Virus record (IMG/VR): IMGVR_UViG_3300044611_002154
Direction: 5' to 3' (one strand)
Origin: an uncultured virus (IMG/VR IMGVR_UViG_3300044611_002154)
Lineage: Duplodnaviria > Heunggongvirae > Uroviricota > Caudoviricetes
Length of the DNA stretch: 64,000 bases
The translations under genes were made by a program, and so were the position numbers. Of this stretch, positions 27,514 through 38,223 are shown piece by piece. Every line of letters begins with the position of its first letter. The stretch's first letter is position 1. The notes beneath the pieces were generated by a model that saw nothing but the letters and a program-made list of their open reading frames with translations, ran no database searches and was not told where the DNA came from.

Positions 27514-30500
27514 ATGGCAGCTCAAGACGCCGAACTTCAGCTTAAGGTAAGTCTTGACCTGTCATTTTTTAGGCAGCAATTAGCGACACTGGGAAGTGCG
27601 GCTGCTGGCTATCGACTGCCAATCAATATTAAGTTTGATCGCTTATCAATACAAAAAGAGCTTAACACTCTTGGAGCCAATATCAAGAAGCGCACTTACC
27701 GCCTTAATGTTGAGACAAATATTGCAGCAGAAATCAGCAATGCCGAAAAGCTCGCAAAGGCTCTTAGTGACCTTGAACAAGCAAGTAAAAAGATTGGAGG
27801 CGTCAGCAAGAAAATGGCGCCAACTGGAATGGTTGGCGCTGTTATTGACGACAAAACAACATATAAACAGCTTCAGGCTTTATACAAGTTCGCCAAAGAA
27901 GCGAACCTTCCATTTGAGCGACTTGCAAAAGGTGCAGCATCTAGCACTGAAGAACTAAAGCGCGTCTTGAGCGCCGGGTTTGGTGAAATTGGCGATGACG
28001 TAAAAGCTGGTATTGGCGCCGCATTAAAAGATGCGACAAGCACGCTTGCCCAGCTAGGCAAAGATATGGGCGAAACGCTACTCAAGGAAACCAAGAAGAG
28101 TCTTGGCATTGCATCGCCTTCCCGCGAATTCAAGAAGATTGGCGAAAACGTTGGAAAAGGCTTTGAGCTTGGCGCTGTTGGGTCCATGGATAAAGCCTTT
28201 GACGCGCTTGAGCGAAAACTTCAAGAAAGGCTTAAGAGGCTGCAGTCAATCCTTAGTCTTGCACCTTCTCGTCGAAGCGCTTTCCCTTTTGTTGCCACAG
28301 GGGGAGCCCTTGAGTCGGGCCCTATTGCGAGAGAAATTGACCAAGCCTATGCACAGATTGCCAAAATTCAAGAGCGCCGCCAAGGGCGATTAACAGCAGA
28401 GCGTGGAAGCTTGGCTCAGATAGCAGGGCGACTTTTGCCCCCCGCTCGCGACAGGTCGTTGCCCGCTGCTCGTGAAACTATTTTCCCTGGCGGCGGAGCT
28501 TTAGATCAAGTTACACAAGGCTTTGTTCAGTCATTAAGAAACACTCGTGACACTCTTGCTCGTAACTTCTCGGCCAATACTTATCTGCCAAGAGCCACTC
28601 GTGCATTAGCTACGTCCATGGACGTAGCTACGAAACAATTGAGTGGCACAAAAATCGCTGGGTTGCTTCCATCCAAAGAAATGATGGAGCCTTTACGTTT
28701 CCAAAGAGCGCAACAAAAAGCTGCTCAGATTGATGCAGAAAATATAGCAAGGGCACAAGCGGAACAGGCGCTAAATCAGCAAAATCTGCGCGGGATGTTC
28801 CAAGGAGTGCCACGTATCAATGCGCCAAGAGTTGGACAGGAAGAGACCCCGATAGGAAGGCACATACAAAACAAAATTGAACAGGCAATACAAAATGCTC
28901 GTCAAACACTAGGTCTTCCTCTCGGTCCTTCTTCTACTTTTGTACCCAGCCCCTTTGCTGGTGCCGCTACGGTTCCGCCTCGGCAATTTTTTCAACCAAC
29001 AATGCAAGCTGCGTTGCCACCAGCGGGAGGAACGGGACCAATTGCCGCAGCTCAGCGGAATATTGCAGAGATGCAAAAAAACAATGATCGGATGCTGGCG
29101 AGCACTAATAGAGCCATAGCGACTATTGACAGAATCATTGAAGCGGGTCGTAGTATAACTGGCAATGCTCCTTCTGCTCCTTCATCGCAAAGTGGATTTG
29201 CTGCTTGGTCCCAGCAAATGACCGCTAAATATGGCGGTGGCAATGTCCCTCCCGTTCCCCCTGTTCCTCCCGGAGGAGGCGGAGGCGGTGGCGGAGGCAT
29301 GAGTGGATTTGGCGGCTTTGGTCGTGCGCTTGGCGGCGTTCCAAATCTTCCTGGTGCTGGCACTATTCGCGAGCTTGGCAGTGAATTTAGCTTTGCGACT
29401 AAACAAGTGTTGCTGTTTGGTCAAGCATATAAGCTTTTGGCTTTTATTCAAGATTTTCCTGGTCAAGTTTCAAGCGCCGTTTCACAGTTGCAAAGCTTTA
29501 GAAACACCTTGCTAAGCGTTACTGGTAGTGCTGGCGCTGCCGCCGACGCGAACGAATTCATTCTGGCCGCTGTCGAAAAATACAGCATTCCATTGCAATC
29601 TGCTCGTGATGGCTTTGCAAAATTGTTTGCTTCCATGGAGCCCGCTGGTTTTGCTGCTGGTGAAATTCAAAACCTTTTCCTGGGAGTTAGCAAGGCTGCT
29701 GCTACTTACGGCTTAAGTGCCGACAAGGTGGATCGCGTGAATTACGCTTTTGCTCAGATGGCCAGCAAAGGTCAAGTGATGAGCGAAGAACTGAAAGGGC
29801 AGTTGGGCGATGTGCTGCCTGGTGCTATGGGTATTTTTGCTGAGGCGGCTGGATTTAAAGGGCCAGATGCTATTCAGAAATTTAGCAAAGCCTTGGAAGA
29901 TGGCGTGTATAAAGGTGGCAAGATGCGCGAACTGTTGCGCAATGTTGGCGATGAAATGAACAGGGAATTTGGCCCAGGAGCAGAAGGCGCGGCCAAGACT
30001 TTCCAGGGCGCCATTAACCGCATGCAAACGGCGACTACAAAGCTATACGAGAGCTTTGAGCCTGCTGCGATTGGCATCATGAATGCAGTAATGGTGCCAT
30101 TTGTTCAGACGCTAAAAACCGCCACTGATGGTATTAATGCTTATTTCAGTGGGCAGCAAGCTGCCACACCGGCAGCTCAAGAATTTGCGAATGTCCTAAA
30201 AACATTGGCACCTACGTTGGTTGGCATTGGTGAGAATCTTAAGTATGTATTCCAGCAAGTAGCAGTATTAATCCAAGGTTTTGGCTCTTTTGCGTTGCAA
30301 ATTGGAAGACTTCTCGCTCTTCCCATTGTTCGTTATCTTGCTGGCGCTTATGTGCAAACGCTTCTTTTGACAACAGCATTTAAGGCGCTTGCTACAAGTG
30401 GCCTTGGTGCCGCTCTTGTCGCAATTGGTCGATTTATTGCGCAGGGAGTTGTATATGCACAAGTAACACTTGGAATGCGAGTGGCCACTCAGCAAACGAC

Positions 30501-33500
30501 AGTCGCTATGTATCAATTTGGCACTGCAGTGCAAACAGTAATGATCAAGAGCGTTATTGGCATTGCGCTAGTTGCCATTGGCGCTCTTATCTCTAGGCTT
30601 GTTGAGCTTCAAAATGCGATGGCGTCCGTATCGGGACAAAGTAAAGCCATGGGAGACGCCGCCAAGGCGTCCGCAAAACTTGGAGATGTAGCTGGAGTGA
30701 AGGAAGCAATCGGAAATATGGAAGATAGAGTTCAAACCTATCAACGCATTAAGGGTGAACTTGATAAAACAATTAAAAAAGACGCTGCCGGTAGTAGTTT
30801 TTACAGAGAAATCCCTACTGCGCTAGCGAAGGACTTGATGTCGCTCGGGTTGATAGTAGAAAGTTCAATGAAGAAAGTAGGAGCTGGTTATAAAGTAAAA
30901 ATAGGAGATTTGCGAGATGCTTATGGCTTGGCTGCAAAAAATGTTTCCGAATTTAATGGGGAAATCAATAAATCGCAAAACTTAGTTGGAAAAGCTGAAC
31001 AGCAGCAAAGAAAACTCAAGGAGCAAGGTGGACTTGGATTGGAACCAAAAGACGATAAAGCATTGAAGGGAGCGGATAAGCTCGCTAATCAACAACAACA
31101 ACTTGCCATTGATGCTGCCAATAGGCAAAATGCTTTAGACAATGCACGCTTTGATCATCTTTTAAAGATGAGCGAAAATGAATTTGAACAATGGAAATCC
31201 TTGCAAGACGCAAAATACGATTACGAACTGGCTGGACTAAATTCCATTGAAGCGCGGCAGCTTAAATTTCAAAAAGATTTACAACAAATTGAGATTAATC
31301 GCATTGAGGCGGTAAGAAAGGCTGCGCAAGCGGTAGCTCAAGCTCAGCAAGAAGTAATTACAACTCAACGTACTGCTGCGGCCGCCGGAGGAACTACTGG
31401 TCTTTTCCAGGGTAGTACTGGCATTTCTAGCGGTCCGCATTTTGACGTAAGAAGGGCAAATGGTGGTGCAATTAGTGAAACAGAGGCTCGTGCTCTGTTC
31501 TCCGAAGAAGTGCGTCGTACATTAACGATGACTAGCCCCTATGGACCAAGAGTGGCTCCAGTGCCTGGAGCTAGCACTTTCCATCAAGGCGTTGATCTTG
31601 CTGGCCCCGCCAACACCCCCCTGAATCTTGCCCCCGGCTATTCGCTTCAAGGCGTAGCACAGGAAGGCGGCCTTGGTTACACAGCGCGTGTATCTGGCCC
31701 AACAGGGGAAATGTATAAAGTGGGACATATACAACCGCCAGGCGCTTCTTATACGCGCCAGCGTCGCTCTGAAAAGGCTGGTGGCAAAGAGGAAGAGGCG
31801 CAACTCCAGGCAAGTTTAAGAACCACTGAAATGCTTACCATCGCTCAAGATGGCTATACGCTTGCACTTGCCAAAACCGATGCTTTAATTAAGCAAAATA
31901 TTACGACAATTTTCCCTGTAGCTGAGTTGCAGCTAGAAACTTCTTTGCTGAAAATGCGCAATCAGCTACAAATGCAGGGAATGCCTTCTGAATATATTAA
32001 ATACATGGAGGAATCCTTTAAGGCGGAATACGAGGCCAACGAAGCCAAGAAGACACACAATGTCACCATTGACGAATATAAAAATAAAATCAAAGACTTG
32101 CAAGATAAGCAAGCAAAAGGAACCAAGTTAACCGCCGAAGAAGCTGCCTATTTGAAATACGCAGAAGAGCAAATCAAGAAAAATAAAGATGCATTGGCGA
32201 CATTAACAGAGCAACAAAAAGCTTATCAAATTGCACAGCTTGAGAGCGCCATCGCAACGATGAAAAACGCTGATGCGCTTAAGGCATTGGAAGAAGTTTC
32301 AGGGCGAATTAATCAAGCTGTAGAAGGCGTCACTGGGACTTACAAGGATATGTTTAAAGAAATTGCCAAGGGAGGCGATTCAGTGGAAGCGCTTAAAAAA
32401 GCGCAAGAAGCTTTGGCCGATCAAGCTTTGACAATGTTCTTTGACTTTGCAATGCAGCCAGTCGAGAAGTTCTTTAAGGACCAATTAGGGGCAATTTTTG
32501 GTGTGCCAGATGAAGAAGCGAAGCGGCAAGAGCAACTTACCGCCATGGAGAAGCAGCTTGCGGAATTAAAGATCGCACGTGAAACTCAACAAAGAATTGA
32601 TAAAAACGTTGAAAAAGTAGCGAATGGTGGCGGTCCAGGCGCGCAGCAAGGCACGTCAGCTCCAGGCATAGGCGGGATTATGGCCCCAGGAGGCATTGGC
32701 GACTACGCGGCGGGAGCTGTCACTCAATTACCAGAAGCATTGGGCTCTCTTACTGAAAGTGCCAATGCCTATTCGGAGGAGCTTGGCAAGGTTGATGCCT
32801 CGGTCTGGGGAAGCGCTATGAGTCTTGGTCAGGCAGGTGAACAGATGGGTCCCAATGGAGCGGCTGGTAAAACATGGCAACAAAGTTTGGGCAGCGTAGT
32901 GAGTGGCATTGGTATGGCGGCAGGAAGCATTATGGGCATCATGGCTGGTATCAATCAAGTGAAGGAGGGTGGCACTTCTAATGTGCTTGGCGGCATTGGC
33001 TCTATCATGACCAGCGTTGGAGGCTTACTAGGCGGATTCTCTGGAATGTTCGGAGGCGGGGGCGCCGGACAATTTGGTACGAGCAGCTCATTTAATGGCA
33101 CTGCCGATGCACTAGGAGCCGCCCCATTCGCCCCTAAAATTGGTGCTGTGTTTGCTAACGGAGGCATTGCTCGTGGTGGCTTTCGTGCTTTCGCCAATGG
33201 TGGCGTAGTGAACGGCCCCACTCTTGGCCTTATGGGCGAGGGGCGTTACAACGAAGCCATTGTTCCTCTTCCCGATGGCAAGAGCATTCCCGTGCAAATG
33301 CGTAGTCAGTCTTCTCGCGATCTACTCGCGGGCAATGCCCGCCAACAATCATCTTCTCCCGTGCTTTCCATGAGCTTCCAAACCACTAAATTTGGCGACA
33401 GGGAATACGTGGATGTGGCACAGCTTCAAGCGGCAATGGCTGAAACCCGTAAAATGGCTGCTCGTGACGGTGCCAATCGTGGAGCTTCGCTAGCCTTAGA

Positions 33501-33549
33501 CAAGCTTCAGAATTCTCCTTCTGCTCGTCGTAAAGTGGGCATGCGTTAA
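27514..33549 (+). CDS. Tape measure protein with peptidase M23-like insert
   Basis: 2011 aa; LGIASPSR and AFAQMASKGQVMSEELKGQLG motifs; C-terminal FANGG/GEGRYNEAIVPL; HQGVD motif. Confidence 0.92.
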   Translation: MAAQDAELQLKVSLDLSFFRQQLATLGSAAAGYRLPINIKFDRLSIQKELNTLGANIKKRTYRLNVETNIAAEISNAEKLAKALSDLEQASKKIGGVSKKMAPTGMVGAVIDDKTTYKQLQALYKFAKEANLPFERLAKGAASSTEELKRVLSAGFGEIGDDVKAGIGAALKDATSTLAQLGKDMGETLLKETKKSLGIASPSREFKKIGENVGKGFELGAVGSMDKAFDALERKLQERLKRLQSILSLAPSRRSAFPFVATGGALESGPIAREIDQAYAQIAKIQERRQGRLTAERGSLAQIAGRLLPPARDRSLPAARETIFPGGGALDQVTQGFVQSLRNTRDTLARNFSANTYLPRATRALATSMDVATKQLSGTKIAGLLPSKEMMEPLRFQRAQQKAAQIDAENIARAQAEQALNQQNLRGMFQGVPRINAPRVGQEETPIGRHIQNKIEQAIQNARQTLGLPLGPSSTFVPSPFAGAATVPPRQFFQPTMQAALPPAGGTGPIAAAQRNIAEMQKNNDRMLASTNRAIATIDRIIEAGRSITGNAPSAPSSQSGFAAWSQQMTAKYGGGNVPPVPPVPPGGGGGGGGGMSGFGGFGRALGGVPNLPGAGTIRELGSEFSFATKQVLLFGQAYKLLAFIQDFPGQVSSAVSQLQSFRNTLLSVTGSAGAAADANEFILAAVEKYSIPLQSARDGFAKLFASMEPAGFAAGEIQNLFLGVSKAAATYGLSADKVDRVNYAFAQMASKGQVMSEELKGQLGDVLPGAMGIFAEAAGFKGPDAIQKFSKALEDGVYKGGKMRELLRNVGDEMNREFGPGAEGAAKTFQGAINRMQTATTKLYESFEPAAIGIMNAVMVPFVQTLKTATDGINAYFSGQQAATPAAQEFANVLKTLAPTLVGIGENLKYVFQQVAVLIQGFGSFALQIGRLLALPIVRYLAGAYVQTLLLTTAFKALATSGLGAALVAIGRFIAQGVVYAQVTLGMRVATQQTTVAMYQFGTAVQTVMIKSVIGIALVAIGALISRLVELQNAMASVSGQSKAMGDAAKASAKLGDVAGVKEAIGNMEDRVQTYQRIKGELDKTIKKDAAGSSFYREIPTALAKDLMSLGLIVESSMKKVGAGYKVKIGDLRDAYGLAAKNVSEFNGEINKSQNLVGKAEQQQRKLKEQGGLGLEPKDDKALKGADKLANQQQQLAIDAANRQNALDNARFDHLLKMSENEFEQWKSLQDAKYDYELAGLNSIEARQLKFQKDLQQIEINRIEAVRKAAQAVAQAQQEVITTQRTAAAAGGTTGLFQGSTGISSGPHFDVRRANGGAISETEARALFSEEVRRTLTMTSPYGPRVAPVPGASTFHQGVDLAGPANTPLNLAPGYSLQGVAQEGGLGYTARVSGPTGEMYKVGHIQPPGASYTRQRRSEKAGGKEEEAQLQASLRTTEMLTIAQDGYTLALAKTDALIKQNITTIFPVAELQLETSLLKMRNQLQMQGMPSEYIKYMEESFKAEYEANEAKKTHNVTIDEYKNKIKDLQDKQAKGTKLTAEEAAYLKYAEEQIKKNKDALATLTEQQKAYQIAQLESAIATMKNADALKALEEVSGRINQAVEGVTGTYKDMFKEIAKGGDSVEALKKAQEALADQALTMFFDFAMQPVEKFFKDQLGAIFGVPDEEAKRQEQLTAMEKQLAELKIARETQQRIDKNVEKVANGGGPGAQQGTSAPGIGGIMAPGGIGDYAAGAVTQLPEALGSLTESANAYSEELGKVDASVWGSAMSLGQAGEQMGPNGAAGKTWQQSLGSVVSGIGMAAGSIMGIMAGINQVKEGGTSNVLGGIGSIMTSVGGLLGGFSGMFGGGGAGQFGTSSSFNGTADALGAAPFAPKIGAVFANGGIARGGFRAFANGGVVNGPTLGLMGEGRYNEAIVPLPDGKSIPVQMRSQSSRDLLAGNARQQSSSPVLSMSFQTTKFGDREYVDVAQLQAAMAETRKMAARDGANRGASLALDKLQNSPSARRKVGMR

Positions 33550-33551
33550 TT

Positions 33552-33986
33552 ATGGCAGACTTTCCTTCTAACGTTTCTCCCGCTCGTAAAGTGGATGATA
33601 TCAAGGCGAATGATGCCATTCGCCCCACGTCTCGTCGTTTTACGATGGGCATCTATCCAGTGAAAGCTTATACAAGCTTGTCTGGTAAGACTGTTCGCAG
33701 AAGTTTTGGCAATAAAGCATCGGGCTATACGCTTGAACTAACGTTTGAAAACGTGGATGAAGGTGTGCTTAATACTATTTTTGATCACTACCATGGTCAA
33801 TATGGCTCCACCGAAGGATTTCGCATACCAAGGGAATTGTTTTCTGGTTACAAAAAAGATGCAACGTTCGATAACTTTCGCACTATTCCTAATGTGAGAT
33901 GGTTTTACGCTGATTCCCCGCAAGTAGAAAGCACAGTGTTAGCACTAAGCACTATTTCTATTACTTTCATTGGAGACTTGGTATGA
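33552..33986 (+). CDS. Distal tail protein (gpM-like)
   Basis: First gene after the tape measure; size fits. Confidence 0.6.
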   Translation: MADFPSNVSPARKVDDIKANDAIRPTSRRFTMGIYPVKAYTSLSGKTVRRSFGNKASGYTLELTFENVDEGVLNTIFDHYHGQYGSTEGFRIPRELFSGYKKDATFDNFRTIPNVRWFYADSPQVESTVLALSTISITFIGDLV

Positions 33987-34471
33987 CGACCATTCGCGCG
34001 GCTCAATTTTTTGAGCTAATTATGTACGATAGCGATGGCAATAAGACCAGTACAAACTACTATCAGAACTATTTTATTGGTGAAACGAAGCAAGTTCCAG
34101 GAAGTAATGTAAGGTATACTTTTGCTCCATTTCGCATTGAAGGAACTGTAGCCAATCTTGGCGGAGATAATGCAATGATGCAGCTTTTGCTACCAAATGA
34201 TGCATTTGCTATGCGCATTGTGGAGCAAGGCAATGGAAACAGGCTAAGTCGTCTTACCTTAACCACTTACTGGCTCAACGCTATTAATGCGTTCACAGGC
34301 GCATCATATAGGGAGCAGTATATTGGCATTGGCTCTGCTTTTTCGGACACCACCATTGAACTGCGATTTAGAAGTTCAATGGATAGCGTGGGAGGACAGT
34401 TTCCTCGTGCTACGTTCTCCCGCAGCTTAGTTGGACCATTGCCGACAAGTGCAGAAATTTCACTGCGATGA
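33983..34471 (+). CDS. Minor tail protein (gpL-like)
   Basis: Synteny; SMDSVGGQFPR C-terminal motif. Confidence 0.6.
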   Translation: MTTIRAAQFFELIMYDSDGNKTSTNYYQNYFIGETKQVPGSNVRYTFAPFRIEGTVANLGGDNAMMQLLLPNDAFAMRIVEQGNGNRLSRLTLTTYWLNAINAFTGASYREQYIGIGSAFSDTTIELRFRSSMDSVGGQFPRATFSRSLVGPLPTSAEISLR

Positions 34472-34872
34472 GCTTTGTTTGTTTCAATGATTTAATTGGT
34501 CTTCCGTATCAATGGAGGAAGAAGCCTGATGAAGGGGCCACTGATTGTTTACAGCTAATGAGCGAAGCAAGAAGAAGGCTTGGTCTTTATGACTATTCGC
34601 AAGATTTCGAATGGATATACGAGAAATGGGAAGAAGAGAAATTTCCTGGTGCAATGATTGCAAGATGGATGAAAGAAAATGCAGATCAGTGCAATGCTCG
34701 CGTTGGGGCAATGGGCTATTTATGTGGCAACACTGGAGGACTGGCCTTGGGCACAGTTATTGATGATGATGGTTTTCTTTTCATCTCAGCAGGGGAGAAA
34801 GTTGTAAGGGCGAAGTTGTATAATTTGCCTAGAATACGTCTTTATTGGGGCAAGAAGGATGGCGGGGAATAG
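34468..34872 (+). CDS. NlpC/P60-like tail assembly protein (gpK-like)
   Basis: DLIGLPYQW...ATDC motif. Confidence 0.65.
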   Translation: MSFVCFNDLIGLPYQWRKKPDEGATDCLQLMSEARRRLGLYDYSQDFEWIYEKWEEEKFPGAMIARWMKENADQCNARVGAMGYLCGNTGGLALGTVIDDDGFLFISAGEKVVRAKLYNLPRIRLYWGKKDGGE

Positions 34873-37800
34873 TTCTAATGATCGCCCGCTGCTTCCTTAT
34901 GAACATGGTTTAATTGAAGCGCTTGGTGTAACGAAGCAAGAATATCTGGATTTTGTTTGCGCAAAACAAGAATATATTGACGCCAAACAAGGCACTGTTT
35001 TTGATGCCAGAAACGAAGCGGGTACTATCGCAATAGTCCTTACAATTATCGGCACTATCTTGCAAGTGGCAGCAGCATTGCTTGCTCCACAGCCAGAACA
35101 GCCGAGAGGACAGGGGCGTAACACTAGAGAGCAGCGTGCAGTGCCGCGCTTTGGATTCAATGGTGTTCAGGAAGTATCTCGCTATGGAGAGCCAGTGGGG
35201 CTTGTTTATACCAATACGGATCAAAACCGTAATGGTGGCGTCAGGCTTTCTACGTTGCTTCTGTGGAGCGCCGTATTGAGCTATGGCGGCTCACAGTTCA
35301 TGCAGCTCATGCTTTCCATTGGAGCATCCACCGTTGAAGAGATCAAGCCTGAGCGCACTGCAGTGGGTCAGCTTCCTTTCGATCAAGTGGTAAGGAGCAA
35401 GGCATGGCTGTACTTTAGTGATAACGGCCCCACCACTTACCAGGATTTCACTCCCATTGGAGACATTTCTGTCAATGCCTTCAAAGAAGATCCTACGTGG
35501 TATGGCAACTCTGCAAATGTTACAACTGCTGCTTTGTCCCATGCTAAGGCTAACAAGAAAGGCTTTAGCCAATCTTATGCTCCCACTACTAGCAACACTT
35601 GCAGCATCACTGGCATTGTTCCCATTCGCCCAAAAGCAATTGAACTAAAAGGTAATGGAGGACGAGATCCCAGTGATTTTGTTCCCATTTCAATTAGTGG
35701 CACTCAAGGATATTGGGAAGGGACAAATAATCGACCAAACTTTCCAAAGGATGGAGAAATTGTTGTCACTATTGCTAGTACCACTAGTAACAGCCTGAAA
35801 GGAGCAGATGGTCGCGAAGCCATTGAAAGCATCTTGAGGAATGCAGCGGCAGTATTTGATGATGGGTCTTTGTATAAACTTGGTGGGGCTATTTTTAGGG
35901 CAAAGAAAGTGGCCTACACGGATGATAGGCGCGGAGAAATTGAATTTAGTTCTCTCAAGGCCACATTAGTTTGTGAAACGTCGGGGCCGATGCCAAGCAT
36001 TGGTTACAACGAGGCGTGGAATGGCAAGGACGAAGGGCAAGACAGGGTGAAGTATCAGGAGCAGATTTCAGAGAAAGAGCAGACTATTGTCCTTCTAAAT
36101 CAGCAAATAGCAGACATTGAGGAAGATCTAGAAGCAAGCTTTTTTTACGATCAGAAGCAAAAGAAGCAATTAAGAGAAAAGCGTAATTCGCTGCGTAAGA
36201 AGACGGTGACTCTCCAGAAGGAGATAGACGCATTGGAGCAATTAATAGAGAATAGCCCCATCTTGTACAGTAGTGTCCTAGAGCGCAATGGCACAAAATG
36301 CTTAGCTCGCATTGATCAGGCCGCTTATTCTTCAGTGACAAAATGCGAAGCAATTGAGCTTTCACTAAAGCTTCAACTCTTCAGGCAGGTCAATGGTCGC
36401 CAAAGGAAATATGGCACTGACGAGGACGACTATGGTTACAAGAATGGAGAGAATGGCCAACAACCTCGCACTGCAATGTTCACTTGTGAATATGCGTTAA
36501 ATAATGACCAATACAAGACCATTCCTTATGTGTTTTGCATCAGAGGATCTGTTCAGCAAGATATTTTCACTTATTTCCGCTTTATTAAGCAAGGGGGTGG
36601 TACGGCTGAGTGGAAGATTCGCTTAACTCCCGTGACGGATCCAGAGGCGGAAGCTGGTCGTAGAGGAATTAACTTCGTTGGCTACGCCTACGTTAACGCC
36701 AACAGCAGAAAGCGTCAACTAAACAGCAGCAATGCTCCTGGTGTAAATGATATTGTCGTTGAATTTAATGGCTTTATCACCACTCCATTTAGTGCATGGC
36801 CTCCATTGAATAAAGGGCCTAAGGAGTCGATGGAATGGGAATTATTTAATTACGACGTGCGCACGCAGACCAGGTATTCTTATGAGCAAGCGCCAGAACT
36901 TACGATTGCTGCAGTGAATGAGCAATTGAAAGACAATTGGAGCGATTACAACGCATCACTGTATCGAGGCTTGTCTACGCTGGCAGTGCATGCTTTTGCA
37001 GGACGTGGATTTCAAGATTTGCGGGACGTGACAGTATGGGTGGAAAAAGGCAAGAAAGTAAGGGCGCTTTCTAGCAATGCCAATAGTTACGTTTCCGCTG
37101 CTCAAGTGGATGCCTTTGTTGCATCGCCCAAGGCTAGATCGTCTAGCTATGCACCAGAAATCTTCATTGATACTGTTTTAGACAAAGACAATGGCATTGG
37201 TCAATATGCTCGCATTGAATCCATCAACATGCCACGTCTTGCAGAAGCCCAAGCTTTTTGTCAGCGCAATAAGCTCTTCATGGACGGAGCAATTATTGAC
37301 CCTCAATCATGGCGTGAATTCTGGGCGCAAGCTTCTGCGTTTAGCTTGTTAGAGCTTGCCACGATTGGAGGACAAACCACTCTCGTGCCCTCTGTACCAG
37401 CCGATGGAAATGGAAGAATCCTATCAGACAGGCCGCTTCCTATTTCTACATTGTTCAACCAAGGCAATATTCTTGAAGGATCTTATAAGGAAGAATTTGT
37501 GGATTATGGAGCATCAACGCAAGATGTGATTGTCACGGCTATTTATAGGGATTCAGAAAGCGATGAATATTTTCCTCGCAATGAAAGCGTGACATTGAGA
37601 CTCAAGAGCGCGAACGAAGCATTGTGCATTCGTGAAACTCTCGATTTATCTCAATTTGTTACCACGCGAAACCAGGCAGTATACGTGGCAAGACTTATGT
37701 GTCTCATGCGCAATTTATCGAGAAAAGCGTATGAGCTACAAACACTGCCTTCCGAAGCTTCCATTGCTCCTGGCTCTTATGTGTATATTGACATTGGGCA

Positions 37801-38182
37801 GGAAACGTGGGACGATTTGCATACTGGCAGCATTTTAGCTGGAGGAGAACTTAATCTTCCCATTGGTGGAGAGCTTCCAGAGAAAGCTGGTGGCAGTCTT
37901 TATGACTTTTTCCTTTATAACGGCAAGCAGAATACATTCAATAAGCAGAATGTGCTTGTTCGCAATGGCATTGCTGATTCATTGGCTAAGTATGAAGGCT
38001 ATTTGTTTGCAGTGGGAAGAAAGTCTTCTAAGCTTTCAAAGCGTTCAGCAAGAGTGATTGATGTGGAAATGAACGAAGAGGGAATTGTCACTGTAAAAGC
38101 AGTAGAGCATCCTACTGACAATAATGGCATTTCTCTCATTGCAAAACGCATTGGAGACGCAAGTCAATTCGTTGAAGAGTGA
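34859..38182 (+). CDS. Tail tip/host specificity protein (gpJ-like)
   Basis: 1107-aa ORF after the gpK-like gene. Confidence 0.7.
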   Translation: MAGNSSNDRPLLPYEHGLIEALGVTKQEYLDFVCAKQEYIDAKQGTVFDARNEAGTIAIVLTIIGTILQVAAALLAPQPEQPRGQGRNTREQRAVPRFGFNGVQEVSRYGEPVGLVYTNTDQNRNGGVRLSTLLLWSAVLSYGGSQFMQLMLSIGASTVEEIKPERTAVGQLPFDQVVRSKAWLYFSDNGPTTYQDFTPIGDISVNAFKEDPTWYGNSANVTTAALSHAKANKKGFSQSYAPTTSNTCSITGIVPIRPKAIELKGNGGRDPSDFVPISISGTQGYWEGTNNRPNFPKDGEIVVTIASTTSNSLKGADGREAIESILRNAAAVFDDGSLYKLGGAIFRAKKVAYTDDRRGEIEFSSLKATLVCETSGPMPSIGYNEAWNGKDEGQDRVKYQEQISEKEQTIVLLNQQIADIEEDLEASFFYDQKQKKQLREKRNSLRKKTVTLQKEIDALEQLIENSPILYSSVLERNGTKCLARIDQAAYSSVTKCEAIELSLKLQLFRQVNGRQRKYGTDEDDYGYKNGENGQQPRTAMFTCEYALNNDQYKTIPYVFCIRGSVQQDIFTYFRFIKQGGGTAEWKIRLTPVTDPEAEAGRRGINFVGYAYVNANSRKRQLNSSNAPGVNDIVVEFNGFITTPFSAWPPLNKGPKESMEWELFNYDVRTQTRYSYEQAPELTIAAVNEQLKDNWSDYNASLYRGLSTLAVHAFAGRGFQDLRDVTVWVEKGKKVRALSSNANSYVSAAQVDAFVASPKARSSSYAPEIFIDTVLDKDNGIGQYARIESINMPRLAEAQAFCQRNKLFMDGAIIDPQSWREFWAQASAFSLLELATIGGQTTLVPSVPADGNGRILSDRPLPISTLFNQGNILEGSYKEEFVDYGASTQDVIVTAIYRDSESDEYFPRNESVTLRLKSANEALCIRETLDLSQFVTTRNQAVYVARLMCLMRNLSRKAYELQTLPSEASIAPGSYVYIDIGQETWDDLHTGSILAGGELNLPIGGELPEKAGGSLYDFFLYNGKQNTFNKQNVLVRNGIADSLAKYEGYLFAVGRKSSKLSKRSARVIDVEMNEEGIVTVKAVEHPTDNNGISLIAKRIGDASQFVEE

Positions 38183-38223
38183 TTGTTATGATTAGAATGA
38201 GCGTATAAGCTTCTATCTTCGCC

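Noticed and set aside
29240..29345. GGC/GGA-rich repeat
   Set aside because: It encodes a Pro/Gly linker of the tape measure protein.
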